IMG/VR virus record: IMGVR_UViG_3300037119_006434 | Location: 1 to 50,022 of that record | Source: a virus | Taxonomy: Duplodnaviria > Caudoviricetes | Length of the DNA stretch: 50,022 nt | Reading direction: 5' to 3' (one strand) | Position numbers and translations under genes: made by a program | The notes under the pieces: model-generated | What the model was told of the DNA's origin: nothing | The model's input: only the letters and a program-made list of their open reading frames with translations | Database searches by the model: none | In this document: one piece after another, positions 7,162-15,365 of the stretch | Layout: each line of letters begins with the position of its first letter | How positions within the stretch are numbered: position 1 is the first letter of the stretch

Positions 7162-7533
7162 ATGAACCGCTGTCCAAGCTGTGGGGAGGACCTAGAGGAC
7201 TGGGATGATGAGGCCGCTCTCAACCACACGGACTACTGTGAAGGCGGGGTGGAGGAACCACCCCCGCCGAAGTACCACCTCTGCCCTCAGTGCCAGGGTC
7301 ACGGGGTCACGGTGCATGCCGCGGTGTCGGTGTGGACTGAGTCCGACAGAGAGGAGGACCCCGAGGGGTTCGAGGATATGCTGGCCGGTCACTACGATGT
7401 GACTTGTCCAAGGTGCCGGGGCCTGAGGGTGGTAGATACCGCCAGGGAGGAGGAGTTTACCGAGGAGGAGGATGACCGCAGAACCCGGTTGATGGAGTCC
7501 GGGATATACCCAGGGTCCGCTGACTATTACTAG
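7162..7533 (+). CDS. Zinc-finger protein with DnaJ-like CxxCxG motifs
   Basis: CPSCG, CPQCQGHG, CPRCRG. Confidence 0.75.
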   Translation: MNRCPSCGEDLEDWDDEAALNHTDYCEGGVEEPPPPKYHLCPQCQGHGVTVHAAVSVWTESDREEDPEGFEDMLAGHYDVTCPRCRGLRVVDTAREEEFTEEEDDRRTRLMESGIYPGSADYY

Positions 7534-7544
7534 GAGGATGGAGA

Positions 7545-7796
7545 GTGTCCAAGTATTACCCGTTTACCTCTGACTCGGTGCTGGCGGAGCCCGAAGGCGA
7601 GGTGCTGTTCGAGGTCACTGTTACATCGGTGATTGGTAAGGTCAGGGCCGGTGGTCATCTCAACCCGCGGGTGGCCGCGTTCATCCTGATCGCCGAGGCC
7701 GGGATCACCGGGGAGTACAGTTTCCCGGCGGAGGACGGCGGCGTCGAGGTGGTCACCGTGAAGCAGTTTGGCCCGGATGAGCAGAGGCTCCCTTAG
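7545..7796 (+). CDS. Hypothetical protein
   Basis: AGGAGG SD; 83 aa. Confidence 0.65.
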   Translation: MSKYYPFTSDSVLAEPEGEVLFEVTVTSVIGKVRAGGHLNPRVAAFILIAEAGITGEYSFPAEDGGVEVVTVKQFGPDEQRLP

Positions 7797-7799
7797 GCC

Positions 7800-8102
7800 G
7801 TGGACCAATCTACCGGCCTGGTCTATCTGATTCACTTTGACCGGCGGTATCGGCATGCCGGGCATTACCTGGGGTTTGTCCGCCGACCTCAGGGCCTGGC
7901 CCGGAGACTCAGAAACCATCGGGCCGCCCGGCTGGAGACGTGGGTCAGGCACCGCCAGAGCAAGCTGATGGCGGCTGTGGGGAGCGCCGGGATCACCTGG
8001 CGGCTGGCCCGGGTGTGGCCGGGGAAGTCAATAGGGGATGAGCGGCGGATGCACCGGGGCGGCGGCCACCGTCGCCGGTGCCCAATCTGTTTAGGAGGTT
8101 GA
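7800..8102 (+). CDS. GIY-YIG-like nuclease-family protein
   Basis: VYLIHF...HYLGF...RRLRNH matches the GIY-YIG pattern; C-terminal CPIC. Confidence 0.65.
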   Translation: MDQSTGLVYLIHFDRRYRHAGHYLGFVRRPQGLARRLRNHRAARLETWVRHRQSKLMAAVGSAGITWRLARVWPGKSIGDERRMHRGGGHRRRCPICLGG

Positions 8103-8104
8103 GG

Positions 8105-8311
8105 TTGTACCCAGCTAAGGTCCGGGCGCTTGGCCATCTGGAGGCTACCCTGGCGGAGCTGATTGATTGGTTCCAGGAGAAGTCCGACAGCCTGGGGGAG
8201 AGTGAGTCCGCCCAGGAGAAAGCCGACGTCATCTCGGATATCATCACAGACCTGGACGCGGCAAAGGATTCGGTGTCCACGGCCATGGCAACCCTCGAGG
8301 AGCTAAAATGA
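8105..8311 (+). CDS. Acidic helical hypothetical protein
   Basis: AGGAGGT SD before TTG. Confidence 0.6.
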   Translation: MYPAKVRALGHLEATLAELIDWFQEKSDSLGESESAQEKADVISDIITDLDAAKDSVSTAMATLEELK

Positions 8312-8329
8312 GGCCGGGTAAGTAACCAG

Positions 8330-8653
8330 GTGCTGAAGCTAGGACGACTAAGAGCCTGGGTGGAGGCCAAACGGTCCTTCCCCTGGGTTATCTCCACCGG
8401 CGTGTACATTGAGCCTAGGAGGTTACAGGTGCCGGATATGGGATGGTCCCGGTACATCGCCGAGCAGGAGGCAATGGTCGAGTTTGAGCAGTGGATGAAC
8501 CAATGTGCAGTGTTCTTGAGGTACCCCTGGGACCTCTCCCCTGAGATGATCGACGATGCTCAGTGGGAACTGATGTTCAAGGAGAACCTGAGTCCTCTAA
8601 CTGCCGTTGAGGCCGTGCTCAAGGATCTCCTGATTGCCCACCTAGACCGTTAG
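8330..8653 (+). CDS. Hypothetical protein (true start probably 8429 or 8438)
   Basis: AGGAGG at 8417-8422 precedes an in-frame GTG/ATG. Confidence 0.6.
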   Translation: MLKLGRLRAWVEAKRSFPWVISTGVYIEPRRLQVPDMGWSRYIAEQEAMVEFEQWMNQCAVFLRYPWDLSPEMIDDAQWELMFKENLSPLTAVEAVLKDLLIAHLDR

Positions 8654-8688
8654 GCTCCGACCCGAGCCCCCGACCACTCGGGGGTTTG

Positions 8689-8706
8689 GGCCCGGGACTA
8701 ACCCGG
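8689..8706 (+). promoter_or_regulatory. Leader hairpin, copy 3
   Basis: GGCCCGGGACTAACCCGG (one extra loop A). Confidence 0.7.
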
Positions 8707-8729
8707 ACACCAGAGAGAGGTCACAACCA

Positions 8730-8987
8730 ATGGTCGGATACAACGCGGCGACAGAGGGGACCGGGTTCTGGGACTCGCAGACTATCGAGACGGATATCGC
8801 CTCGGGGGATTATGGAAATGTGGTGAGGGTTAGCCGGGTGACTAAGGGTCGCCGGGGGTTCGTGGACATCCGGCAGTGGTTTGTCCATCGAGAGACTGGG
8901 GTGCTGACTCCCGGCAAGGGTATCGCCCTGCCGGTGGATATCGCGGAATCCGTCCTCTACGCCGGGCTGGCGGCCGCGAGCCGGTAA
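8730..8987 (+). CDS. PC4-like (p15/Sub1 fold) ssDNA-binding protein
   Basis: VRVS...FVDIRQWF...LTPGKGIAL is the PC4-fold signature. Confidence 0.75.
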   Translation: MVGYNAATEGTGFWDSQTIETDIASGDYGNVVRVSRVTKGRRGFVDIRQWFVHRETGVLTPGKGIALPVDIAESVLYAGLAAASR

Positions 8988-9019
8988 TCGCCGGCACCAC
9001 CCACAGCTGGAGAGTGGCG

Positions 9020-9316
9020 ATGGGATCAATCAATGGAGTGTGTCGTCCCCGAGCAACCTACAGAGTGATGATACCCGCGATATCCCGTCTTTATCCTTGG
9101 GGGCCGTTGGACTACCCGGATATCGACTCGGCCCTGGATGACGCGCAGTTCCTGAGCATGGAGTCGGACTGGCCCTGGGCGGATGTGATCCTGTGGTGGG
9201 ACTTCGCCGGCCAGGTCATCTGCCTGGGGTTGGTACCTAGGTCTGACCCATGCGTGGGCCTGGCCCCCGTGATGAGGTTCCGCGACGGCGTAGGAGTAGA
9301 AGGACCCGTGCAGTGA
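9020..9316 (+). CDS. Hypothetical protein
   Basis: GGAGAG before ATG; tightly packed in the operon. Confidence 0.5.
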   Translation: MGSINGVCRPRATYRVMIPAISRLYPWGPLDYPDIDSALDDAQFLSMESDWPWADVILWWDFAGQVICLGLVPRSDPCVGLAPVMRFRDGVGVEGPVQ

Positions 9317-9318
9317 GC

Positions 9319-9567
9319 ATGACCAACAGCGAGTACATGGCGAGGGTTCACCGTGCCCTGACGAACAAGTCACTCCTGTGTGACTGGTGTGCCAGGTCCG
9401 CAGAGTGTACCCATTGCCGGACCGGCGTCTACCACATGCATGAAAAATGTTATGCGGAGGCGTTCCAGAGTGGTTACTTCTCCCGGCTGTCGCCTACCCG
9501 ACAACAGTTCCCGGTTGGTTGTTCTACCGGGCTGGTGCATTTTGTCCTCGGCTACTCTAACATCTAG
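9319..9567 (+). CDS. Cys-rich hypothetical protein
   Basis: CDWC, CTHC, HEKC. Confidence 0.6.
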   Translation: MTNSEYMARVHRALTNKSLLCDWCARSAECTHCRTGVYHMHEKCYAEAFQSGYFSRLSPTRQQFPVGCSTGLVHFVLGYSNI

Positions 9568-9579
9568 AGAGGAGACCTC

Positions 9580-9786
9580 ATGCCCCGGAGACGCGACTAT
9601 CATAAGGCCCGAATCCTGACCCTGGCCGCCGAGGCCCTGGAAGGAGCTTCTGTATACCAGGATGAGGCAGACCACGGTGAGAAGTTCCATATCTCCAGCG
9701 AGGATAGCAGCAGTCTGCTGGTGAAGGCGGAGGTGCCTAAGAGACATCCTAGGTACTTTATACTCAAGGTGATTGAACCAGTCTAA
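9580..9786 (+). CDS. Hypothetical protein
   Basis: GAGGAG SD. Confidence 0.65.
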   Translation: MPRRRDYHKARILTLAAEALEGASVYQDEADHGEKFHISSEDSSSLLVKAEVPKRHPRYFILKVIEPV

Positions 9787-9810
9787 CCACTGGGCCAAGG
9801 AGGCCTAACC

Positions 9811-10092
9811 GTGAGCTACGACCCGGCGGTCAGGTGCCAGGGCTGCGGGAGCCTGAAGTTCAGGTTCATCCCGGCCTGGGGCCTGCTGATGTGTAATCTA
9901 TGCTGCGTGGCCTTGGACTGGGTCACGGCCCCCGAGAGGGAGTGGATTCTCTCCCGAATCTATGCCGAAGAGAGGTTGCCGTATGACTGGTGTTGTTGGA
10001 TCTACCGGCCTGAGGTCGGGACCTGCCGGCTCCACGGCAACGTGCAGATGAACCTGGATGCCGGCCTGACCAAGCAGGGGGAAGCCGCATGA
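9811..10092 (+). CDS. Zinc-ribbon hypothetical protein
   Basis: AAGGAGG SD; CQGC...CNLC. Confidence 0.65.
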   Translation: MSYDPAVRCQGCGSLKFRFIPAWGLLMCNLCCVALDWVTAPEREWILSRIYAEERLPYDWCCWIYRPEVGTCRLHGNVQMNLDAGLTKQGEAA

Positions 10093-10427
10093 CGCCGATT
10101 GATGAGTGGTCGGCCGGGTTCTACCGCTGCGACCAGTGCGGTGCTTTATACCATCACGCTGTGGACCTGGCCGAGCACCGAGAAGGAGGTTGCCCGGCGG
10201 ATGAGATGGTCAAGGACCTCCTAGAACCTATGAAGTCTGACTGGTTCATGGCCAAGGAAATCAGCCGGCAGAGCTATTGGTTCAAGGCTCTTGTGTTGGC
10301 GGTGTGGTGGGCCGCGGACCCGGAGAACCGTGCCCGACTCCTCCGGGCCTGGCCAAACCTAGAGGAGGAGGCCGTCTACCTCTCGGCCAGCATCTCACAG
10401 AAGGATAAGGAGGAGTGGTATGCCTGA
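10089..10427 (+). CDS. Hypothetical protein with C2H2-like finger
   Basis: CDQC...LAEHREGGC; ATGA overlap. Confidence 0.65.
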   Translation: MTPIDEWSAGFYRCDQCGALYHHAVDLAEHREGGCPADEMVKDLLEPMKSDWFMAKEISRQSYWFKALVLAVWWAADPENRARLLRAWPNLEEEAVYLSASISQKDKEEWYA

Positions 10428-10707
10428 GGAAGACACCTACAGAAGTGTCGAGGTGCCATTGACCCCGGCCGGGACCCTAGACATCCCCGTGTTGTTTGGA
10501 GCCAAGCCGGTGGCCAGGTGCCTGGCGGAGGGAATCTGCCGACACTGTGGGTCAGATGTAGACCCTCAGTTCCTTGAGGCCGAGGAATACAGCCGCCCGG
10601 ACTACATCCGGGAGTACCGAACATCCGGACTGTGCAGGGGGTGCCAGGATGAGGTCTTTGCACCCGCCCCAGAGGACGAAGAATACCTCCAAGGGGAGAT
10701 GCCATGA
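10420..10707 (+). CDS. Zinc-binding hypothetical protein
   Basis: CRHC...REYRTSGLCRGCQD; AGGAGG SD. Confidence 0.7.
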   Translation: MPEEDTYRSVEVPLTPAGTLDIPVLFGAKPVARCLAEGICRHCGSDVDPQFLEAEEYSRPDYIREYRTSGLCRGCQDEVFAPAPEDEEYLQGEMP

Positions 10708-11090
10708 CCGAGTATGACAATGTGCCAAGGAGTCCACCCCCGGACATGTCCGCGGTGATTAGGGAATACCTGGCCTCGGGCCGGGCCTTGACCATCACCG
10801 AATGGTGCAAGTTCGACGGCAAGGGGTATACCCGACGCTGGAGCGTCATAGAAAGGGTGGTGCCGGATGGACCAGGGCAACCAAGCTCCGGGCAGTCATA
10901 TCAAGACGGGGGTCGGGGAGATCAGGCGGCGGATTCTCCTTCAACACCCTGGCCTGATGCCGCCGACCCGGCCGTGGATGAGACACCCGGGGGCCTGGAG
11001 AGGCCCAGGTACCGACCCGTGGCCGACAGCGGCGGTGAAGGTCGTCGAGGAAGCCGTCGGCCAGCCTATCGGGGAAATCCTGGCCCGTGA
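10704..11090 (+). CDS. Hypothetical protein (3' part overlaps the next gene)
   Basis: ATGA coupling; only the first ~55 aa look protein-like. Confidence 0.5.
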   Translation: MTEYDNVPRSPPPDMSAVIREYLASGRALTITEWCKFDGKGYTRRWSVIERVVPDGPGQPSSGQSYQDGGRGDQAADSPSTPWPDAADPAVDETPGGLERPRYRPVADSGGEGRRGSRRPAYRGNPGP

Positions 11091-11211
11091 GCCTAATAAC
11101 CGGGCATTGGTCGCCGAGCTAACCACCCTGGGGCTGGCTCTGAACCTCACTACCATCGCCAGATGGAGGAAACGACATGCCGCTGCGATTGCATACCCTG
11201 AGGCACGCTGA
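10867..11211 (+). CDS. Putative HTH DNA-binding protein
   Basis: C-terminal NRALVAELTTLGLALNLTTIARWRK resembles a helix-turn-helix. Confidence 0.55.
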   Translation: MDQGNQAPGSHIKTGVGEIRRRILLQHPGLMPPTRPWMRHPGAWRGPGTDPWPTAAVKVVEEAVGQPIGEILAREPNNRALVAELTTLGLALNLTTIARWRKRHAAAIAYPEAR

Positions 11212-11458
11212 CCTGAACGTGTTCTGCGGACGATGTGGCCGGAAGCCAGTAGGAGTATGGTATGACGCCGACTCCTACATCGCCGGCAACACGATCTACG
11301 CGGGGTCGGTGGTCCGATGCCAGGAGTGCTGGGACAAGGAGACCGCCGAGGGGAATGTATTCACCACCCTACCGACTGCCCGGCTGTCCCAAGCCCAGGC
11401 CGAGGCTTCCCCACCCACCGCCACCACCCCCGAGGCCCCCCATAGACCCCCGGACTAA
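11177..11458 (+). CDS. Zinc-finger hypothetical protein
   Basis: GGAGG SD; CGRC...CQEC. Confidence 0.6.
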   Translation: MPLRLHTLRHADLNVFCGRCGRKPVGVWYDADSYIAGNTIYAGSVVRCQECWDKETAEGNVFTTLPTARLSQAQAEASPPTATTPEAPHRPPD

Positions 11459-11461
11459 ACC

Positions 11462-11737
11462 ATGCGGCTGTTGTACGTGGTGGGTCCGGGCTTCACCGAC
11501 GAAGCTTTAGTATCCTGGAGGCTGCTCCAGCTACCTAAGGGCACGGTCGTGACCCGGGCCAACCCTCAGGCTAATGCCCGGTTAACTGTCTGGAAAACCC
11601 GGCCCGATGCGGTATGGGTGTTCACGGAGGATATGTGGAAGGACAAGACTCATCGGTGGCTGGACCTGGCCGCGGAGAAGACCATCCCGGGGATGAGCAT
11701 CAACCCAGCCGGGGAGAACCACCGCTGGGGGTGGTAG
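11462..11737 (+). CDS. Hypothetical protein, possibly a degenerate SLOG-like paralog
   Basis: Layout (YVVGPGFTD...PDAVWVF) parallels the ORF at 11946. Confidence 0.5.
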   Translation: MRLLYVVGPGFTDEALVSWRLLQLPKGTVVTRANPQANARLTVWKTRPDAVWVFTEDMWKDKTHRWLDLAAEKTIPGMSINPAGENHRWGW

Positions 11738-11949
11738 CCGGCCCCGAGCCGACAGACACCGCCGAGAGCCTGGAGAAAACCCAACTACTCAAGCTAATCG
11801 CCTGTTTGGTGATGAAGTTTGACCCAGCCGGCCGGGTATTTATCTCCAAGCGGGATGTTTACCGACTCCCGGGCCGGTTCGAGATCCTCGGCGTGGAGGA
11901 CCCCCAGAGAATAGGTTGGGTGGTTAGTGTCAGGGAGGTTGGGCCGTGA
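11731..11949 (+). CDS. Hypothetical protein
   Basis: Fills the operon gap; overlaps at both ends. Confidence 0.5.
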   Translation: MVAGPEPTDTAESLEKTQLLKLIACLVMKFDPAGRVFISKRDVYRLPGRFEILGVEDPQRIGWVVSVREVGP

Positions 11950-12329
11950 AGGTGTTGGTGACCGGGGACCGTGAATATACCAACTTCAGCCGGGTTATGG
12001 CTGTCCTAGGGACACTGAACCCGGCCACCACTACCATAATCCATGGGTACGCCCGGGGAGCTGATACCCTGGCTCATCAAGCCGCCGAGCTGCTGGGCAT
12101 GGAGGTACATGATTACCCGGCGGCCTGGGAAACCTTGGGTCGGGCGGCTGGACCCATCAGGAACCAAGTCATGCTAGACTCAGAGTCCCCGGACCTGGTC
12201 GTGGCCTTCCACGATGACATTGCCCGGTCCAAAGGCACCCTAGACATGCTCACCCGGGCTCACCGCGCCGGCGTCCGCTGTATCCTGGTGACTACTATCG
12301 GCATCCTCCAGTGGCCTTTGACACGGTAG
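11946..12329 (+). CDS. YspA/DUF2493-like SLOG-family protein
   Basis: VLVTGDR, IIHGYARGAD, AGPIRN, VVAF and SKGT motifs. Confidence 0.85.
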   Translation: MKVLVTGDREYTNFSRVMAVLGTLNPATTTIIHGYARGADTLAHQAAELLGMEVHDYPAAWETLGRAAGPIRNQVMLDSESPDLVVAFHDDIARSKGTLDMLTRAHRAGVRCILVTTIGILQWPLTR

Positions 12330-12346
12330 CCACGGCCTGATATAAT
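12318..12346 (+). promoter_or_regulatory. sigma70-type promoter
   Basis: Perfect TTGACA-N17-TATAAT. Confidence 0.9.
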
Positions 12347-12369
12347 CTAGAGATGGAGGTGCCCGTCGC

Positions 12370-13122
12370 GTGAAAGTCCGCACGACCACCGAGTTGATAG
12401 AGTGGCAGCCACCACCCGTGGCGGAGATCGTCTCCCAGGGCCTGCTTCATCCAGGGTCCCGGGCGGTATTGTTCGGCCGCTGGGGGAGCTGGAAATCCAT
12501 GTTAAGCATGCATATGGGGTTCTGCATAACCGCCGGCGAGAACTGGCTAGGGTTTGACACCGCCCCGAACTCGGTGATGATCGCCCAGGTAGAGATCCCC
12601 GAGGCGATGATGAGAGAGAGGGTGATCAAGTATACCAATGCCGCGGGGATAATGGACCGCCGACCAATCTGGTGGTTGTCAGAGCCGTTCCTCAGGCTCG
12701 ACCGAGAAGCAATATTCAAGGAGTTCACCGCGGAAGTAATCCTGAGGAAACCAGCGGTCCTCATTCTCGACCCATTCTACCGCCTCTACACCGGGGACAT
12801 CAACGATAACTTCCAGATCACCAAGCTCCTAGACAAGCTCGACCGGCTAGTCTTGGAGATGGGTACCGCGATCGTGATGATCGGCCATACCAAGAAGTTG
12901 CAACCCCTTGAGCCGGGGGTTCACCGAGACTGGGGCCAGGAGCTAATCGGGGGTAGCTATATTATGGACTGGGTCGACACCGGCATCGCCGTCGAACCTG
13001 ACCACGAGCGGGACACCGACGTACGGTTACACTTCGTCAAGGTCCGCCACGCTACCCAGGAAATCCGGAGCATTAAGGTCCGGGTGAATCGTAACACCCT
13101 TCATGCGGCCCGGCTGTTGTAA
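12370..13122 (+). CDS. RecA-fold AAA ATPase, RepA/AAA_25-like helicase
   Basis: Walker A GRWGSWKS, Walker B VLILDP, IGHTKK, GGS, KVRH. Confidence 0.8.
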   Translation: MKVRTTTELIEWQPPPVAEIVSQGLLHPGSRAVLFGRWGSWKSMLSMHMGFCITAGENWLGFDTAPNSVMIAQVEIPEAMMRERVIKYTNAAGIMDRRPIWWLSEPFLRLDREAIFKEFTAEVILRKPAVLILDPFYRLYTGDINDNFQITKLLDKLDRLVLEMGTAIVMIGHTKKLQPLEPGVHRDWGQELIGGSYIMDWVDTGIAVEPDHERDTDVRLHFVKVRHATQEIRSIKVRVNRNTLHAARLL

Positions 13123-13886
13123 ATAATGCCCAACGACTCTAGTAGAGTAGAAGGATTATAGATGACAACGCCCAGGGTTCGGCGACATCCACCCTACACC
13201 CCAGTAGCTGCCAGAGCTTTGGAATCCAGGTTACAGGAGCTGGCCGAGTCGGTGCATGGTCCCACCCGGGCCAACCACCGGGGAGGTAATCTTCACCACA
13301 GCGACTGGGACTGGCTGGAGGACAAGATGCGCCTGGGGGAGGTCTCTCAGCAACCCTGTCTACTATCCGGCGGCTACCCACCATGCCTGGGGAGCCCAAC
13401 CAAAGTCCGGCTATTACCACCGGCCATGGAGCTGGATTTACTACCCCTGGAGGCCCGGGCCGACCCGGCTCTGTTTGTTAACCTCTGCGACCTCTGCTTC
13501 CTATTAAAGCTAGCCAGGATAGACTTCCTGCCGACTAAGTCCCGGTGGGTTAGGGAATCCTCCGCGCACCTCCGCCTGGCACCTAAGACCATCCGCTGGC
13601 ACTATTCCAGCTGGGCGAATATCCTGCATCAGGTACTGACCCCGGCCCTGTCTACCGCCGAGGGGGTAATCCAGAGTCACCGGGAACAAACGGTAACTAT
13701 AGTCCTTAGGAGGTGGGAGCTGACTCCCCCGGTGCCAGAAGGTCTCCGGATCCTCCATTTTGATGCATCCAGGCTCCGGGAGGATGGATCCATCCGGGTG
13801 GTGCTGGCGGCCAATCCATATGGATCTATAGTAGATATGTGATACTCCTAGTATACTACTATAGTCGTTGAGCATTAAATACAACA
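13115..13886. repeat. 31-bp inverted repeat enclosing ORF 13162-13842
   Basis: 13115-13145 TGTTGTAAATAATGCCCAACGACTCTAGTAG against the reverse complement of 13856-13886, TGTTGTATTTAATGCTCAACGACTATAGTAG; 27/31 identical. Confidence 0.9.
13162..13842 (+). CDS. Hypothetical protein, possible replication initiator or degenerate HNH-like protein
   Basis: Four cysteines (C-x8-C...CDLC) and an HTH-like stretch; adjacent to the helicase. Confidence 0.55.
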   Translation: MTTPRVRRHPPYTPVAARALESRLQELAESVHGPTRANHRGGNLHHSDWDWLEDKMRLGEVSQQPCLLSGGYPPCLGSPTKVRLLPPAMELDLLPLEARADPALFVNLCDLCFLLKLARIDFLPTKSRWVRESSAHLRLAPKTIRWHYSSWANILHQVLTPALSTAEGVIQSHREQTVTIVLRRWELTPPVPEGLRILHFDASRLREDGSIRVVLAANPYGSIVDM

Positions 13887-13952
13887 AACAGCACCCACCG
13901 AATAAATCTGCATCCCCTATGGTGCCAGTCAGGGTGGCTAACCACCCGGGCC

Positions 13953-13981
13953 TTGACATGGCCTGACCAATCAGCTAGACT
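13953..13981 (+). promoter_or_regulatory. sigma70-type promoter
   Basis: TTGACA-N17-TAGACT. Confidence 0.8.
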
Positions 13982-14010
13982 ATAGGCAGCGACTCAGTGA
14001 CAGGAGAGAG

Positions 14011-14085
14011 ATGCTAGACACCACCTTAGTCTTTGGATTCTGTCTCACGGTCATATTCCTTCTATCCCTGCGAATCAAGACGTAA
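14011..14085 (+). CDS. 24-aa hydrophobic peptide MLDTTLVFGFCLTVIFLLSLRIKT
   Basis: AGGAG SD directly after the promoter; the stop overlaps the SD of the next gene. Confidence 0.5.
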   Translation: MLDTTLVFGFCLTVIFLLSLRIKT

Positions 14086-14101
14086 GGAGAAACCCGGCCC
14101 T

Positions 14102-14788
14102 ATGGAAGACCTTCGCGCGCAGATCAGAACCCGCGGGTTGTCAGTCGGCGGCGGCCCGAACACCCCGCTGAGGGATTTCTGGGGGACGTTTGATGGGTAT
14201 GACCCCGTCCACAACGCCCAGTTCAACTCCCTCAATGTCAAGCTCAAGTTCTCCGACATCGAGGTCCTCGAGTCCCTAACTCCCTATGACTTCCCCGCGG
14301 CCGAGCTGACCATCAAGTTCAGTGACCGGGCGGACGGTTCCCTCTGGGGGATCTTCTCCGGGTCCGTGAACAAGCACCTGGCGGAGACCGAGGACCTGCC
14401 CGCACTGATCGGCAAGCGGGTACACCTGAAGTACACCCCCGGGCACATGATGTTCAACCGCAGCCTGAACAACGGGACCGGCGGTCAGGAGGCCCGGGAA
14501 GCCTGGGAGATGATCGGGGTCGAGGGCGCTGCCGGTAGCAATGGTGCCGGCGCTGCCGCGGCCGCCCTCTCCCCAGACGCGGCCATCCTCATCATCCTTG
14601 AGGGGAAGACCGAGCAGGAGTTCAACGCGGCGGCCCTGAGGGATAACCGGGTCAAGGCTGATGCCGGGATGGTTGGCAAGATTCTAAACCGCAGCCTGAT
14701 CGGCGAGCTGGTGACCAACGGCTCGGCCACGTTGGTCGAGGGTAGGTACCGGGTGAACCCCGACCTACTGGCCGCTCTCACCTCCTAG
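14102..14788 (+). CDS. Hypothetical protein, possible ssDNA-binding protein
   Basis: TAAGGAG SD; beta-rich N-domain, Gly/Ala linker, winged-helix-like end; function inferred from position only. Confidence 0.6.
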   Translation: MEDLRAQIRTRGLSVGGGPNTPLRDFWGTFDGYDPVHNAQFNSLNVKLKFSDIEVLESLTPYDFPAAELTIKFSDRADGSLWGIFSGSVNKHLAETEDLPALIGKRVHLKYTPGHMMFNRSLNNGTGGQEAREAWEMIGVEGAAGSNGAGAAAAALSPDAAILIILEGKTEQEFNAAALRDNRVKADAGMVGKILNRSLIGELVTNGSATLVEGRYRVNPDLLAALTS

Positions 14789-15058
14789 TATCCAGGGGCC
14801 AGGCTGGGCTCTGCTGCGGGTCGCCACCGCGGCATGGGGGTTCGAATCCTCCATCCCCGGGGCTAGTCTAACTGTGGGGACCCGGTGTGCACCGTCATCA
14901 GCGGCAAGGACCGGGCAGAGGAGTTGTAACGGTGGGGGAGGCTCCTCAACTAGCTAGTCCAAGCCCGGGCGCGGGCTAGCCGGGTGTCGGCCACCCGGGG
15001 TGACCGGATGAGGTCCCAAGCCTAGGTATAAGCTCAACCCTATCGATGGGCTGGGCAC
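14788..15058 (+). ncRNA. Candidate structured RNA, copy B, containing a tRNA-like T arm
   Basis: Within a ~400-bp non-coding gap; GGGGGTTCGAATCCTCC hairpin; five anchors shared with copy A. Confidence 0.6.
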
Positions 15059-15189
15059 CAAAGCTGCCGAGTGTCGGGCCGGGGGGATGTGACCCCCGGC
15101 CCGGCCGTCCCGAGGTCCAGGGGGTGACCTCTCTTCAGCGGGCGAGCACCCCCTGGCCACCCTAACTCAAGATAAAGGAGCCCGGCCCC

Positions 15190-15351
15190 ATGGACTATCT
15201 GGCCACCTGGCAGGACCGTTACCATCGCCCATTCCCCGAGCCACCGCTGGATCCTCCCGAGGAAGAAGTTGAAGAGGAAGAGGAGGTTGAAGAGGAGGTT
15301 GAAGAGGAAGAGGAGGATCCCGAGCCTGACCCGGGTTCCATTAGAGAGTAA
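15190..15351 (+). CDS. 53-aa poly-glutamate protein
   Basis: AAGGAG SD; MDYLATWQDRYHRPFPEPPLDPPEEEVEEEEEVEEEVEEEEEDPEPDPGSIRE. Confidence 0.65.
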   Translation: MDYLATWQDRYHRPFPEPPLDPPEEEVEEEEEVEEEVEEEEEDPEPDPGSIRE

Positions 15352-15365
15352 AAGGAGCCGAGCCA

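Noticed and set aside
14790-14862. Canonical tRNA gene
   Set aside because: The T arm is perfect, but no 7-bp acceptor stem, standard D arm or CCA could be built in normal order.
15012-15022. Twister ribozyme (GGTCCCAAGCC resembles its L4 loop)
   Set aside because: The other required elements (UAA cleavage strand with P2, GAGGG pseudoknot partner) could not be placed.
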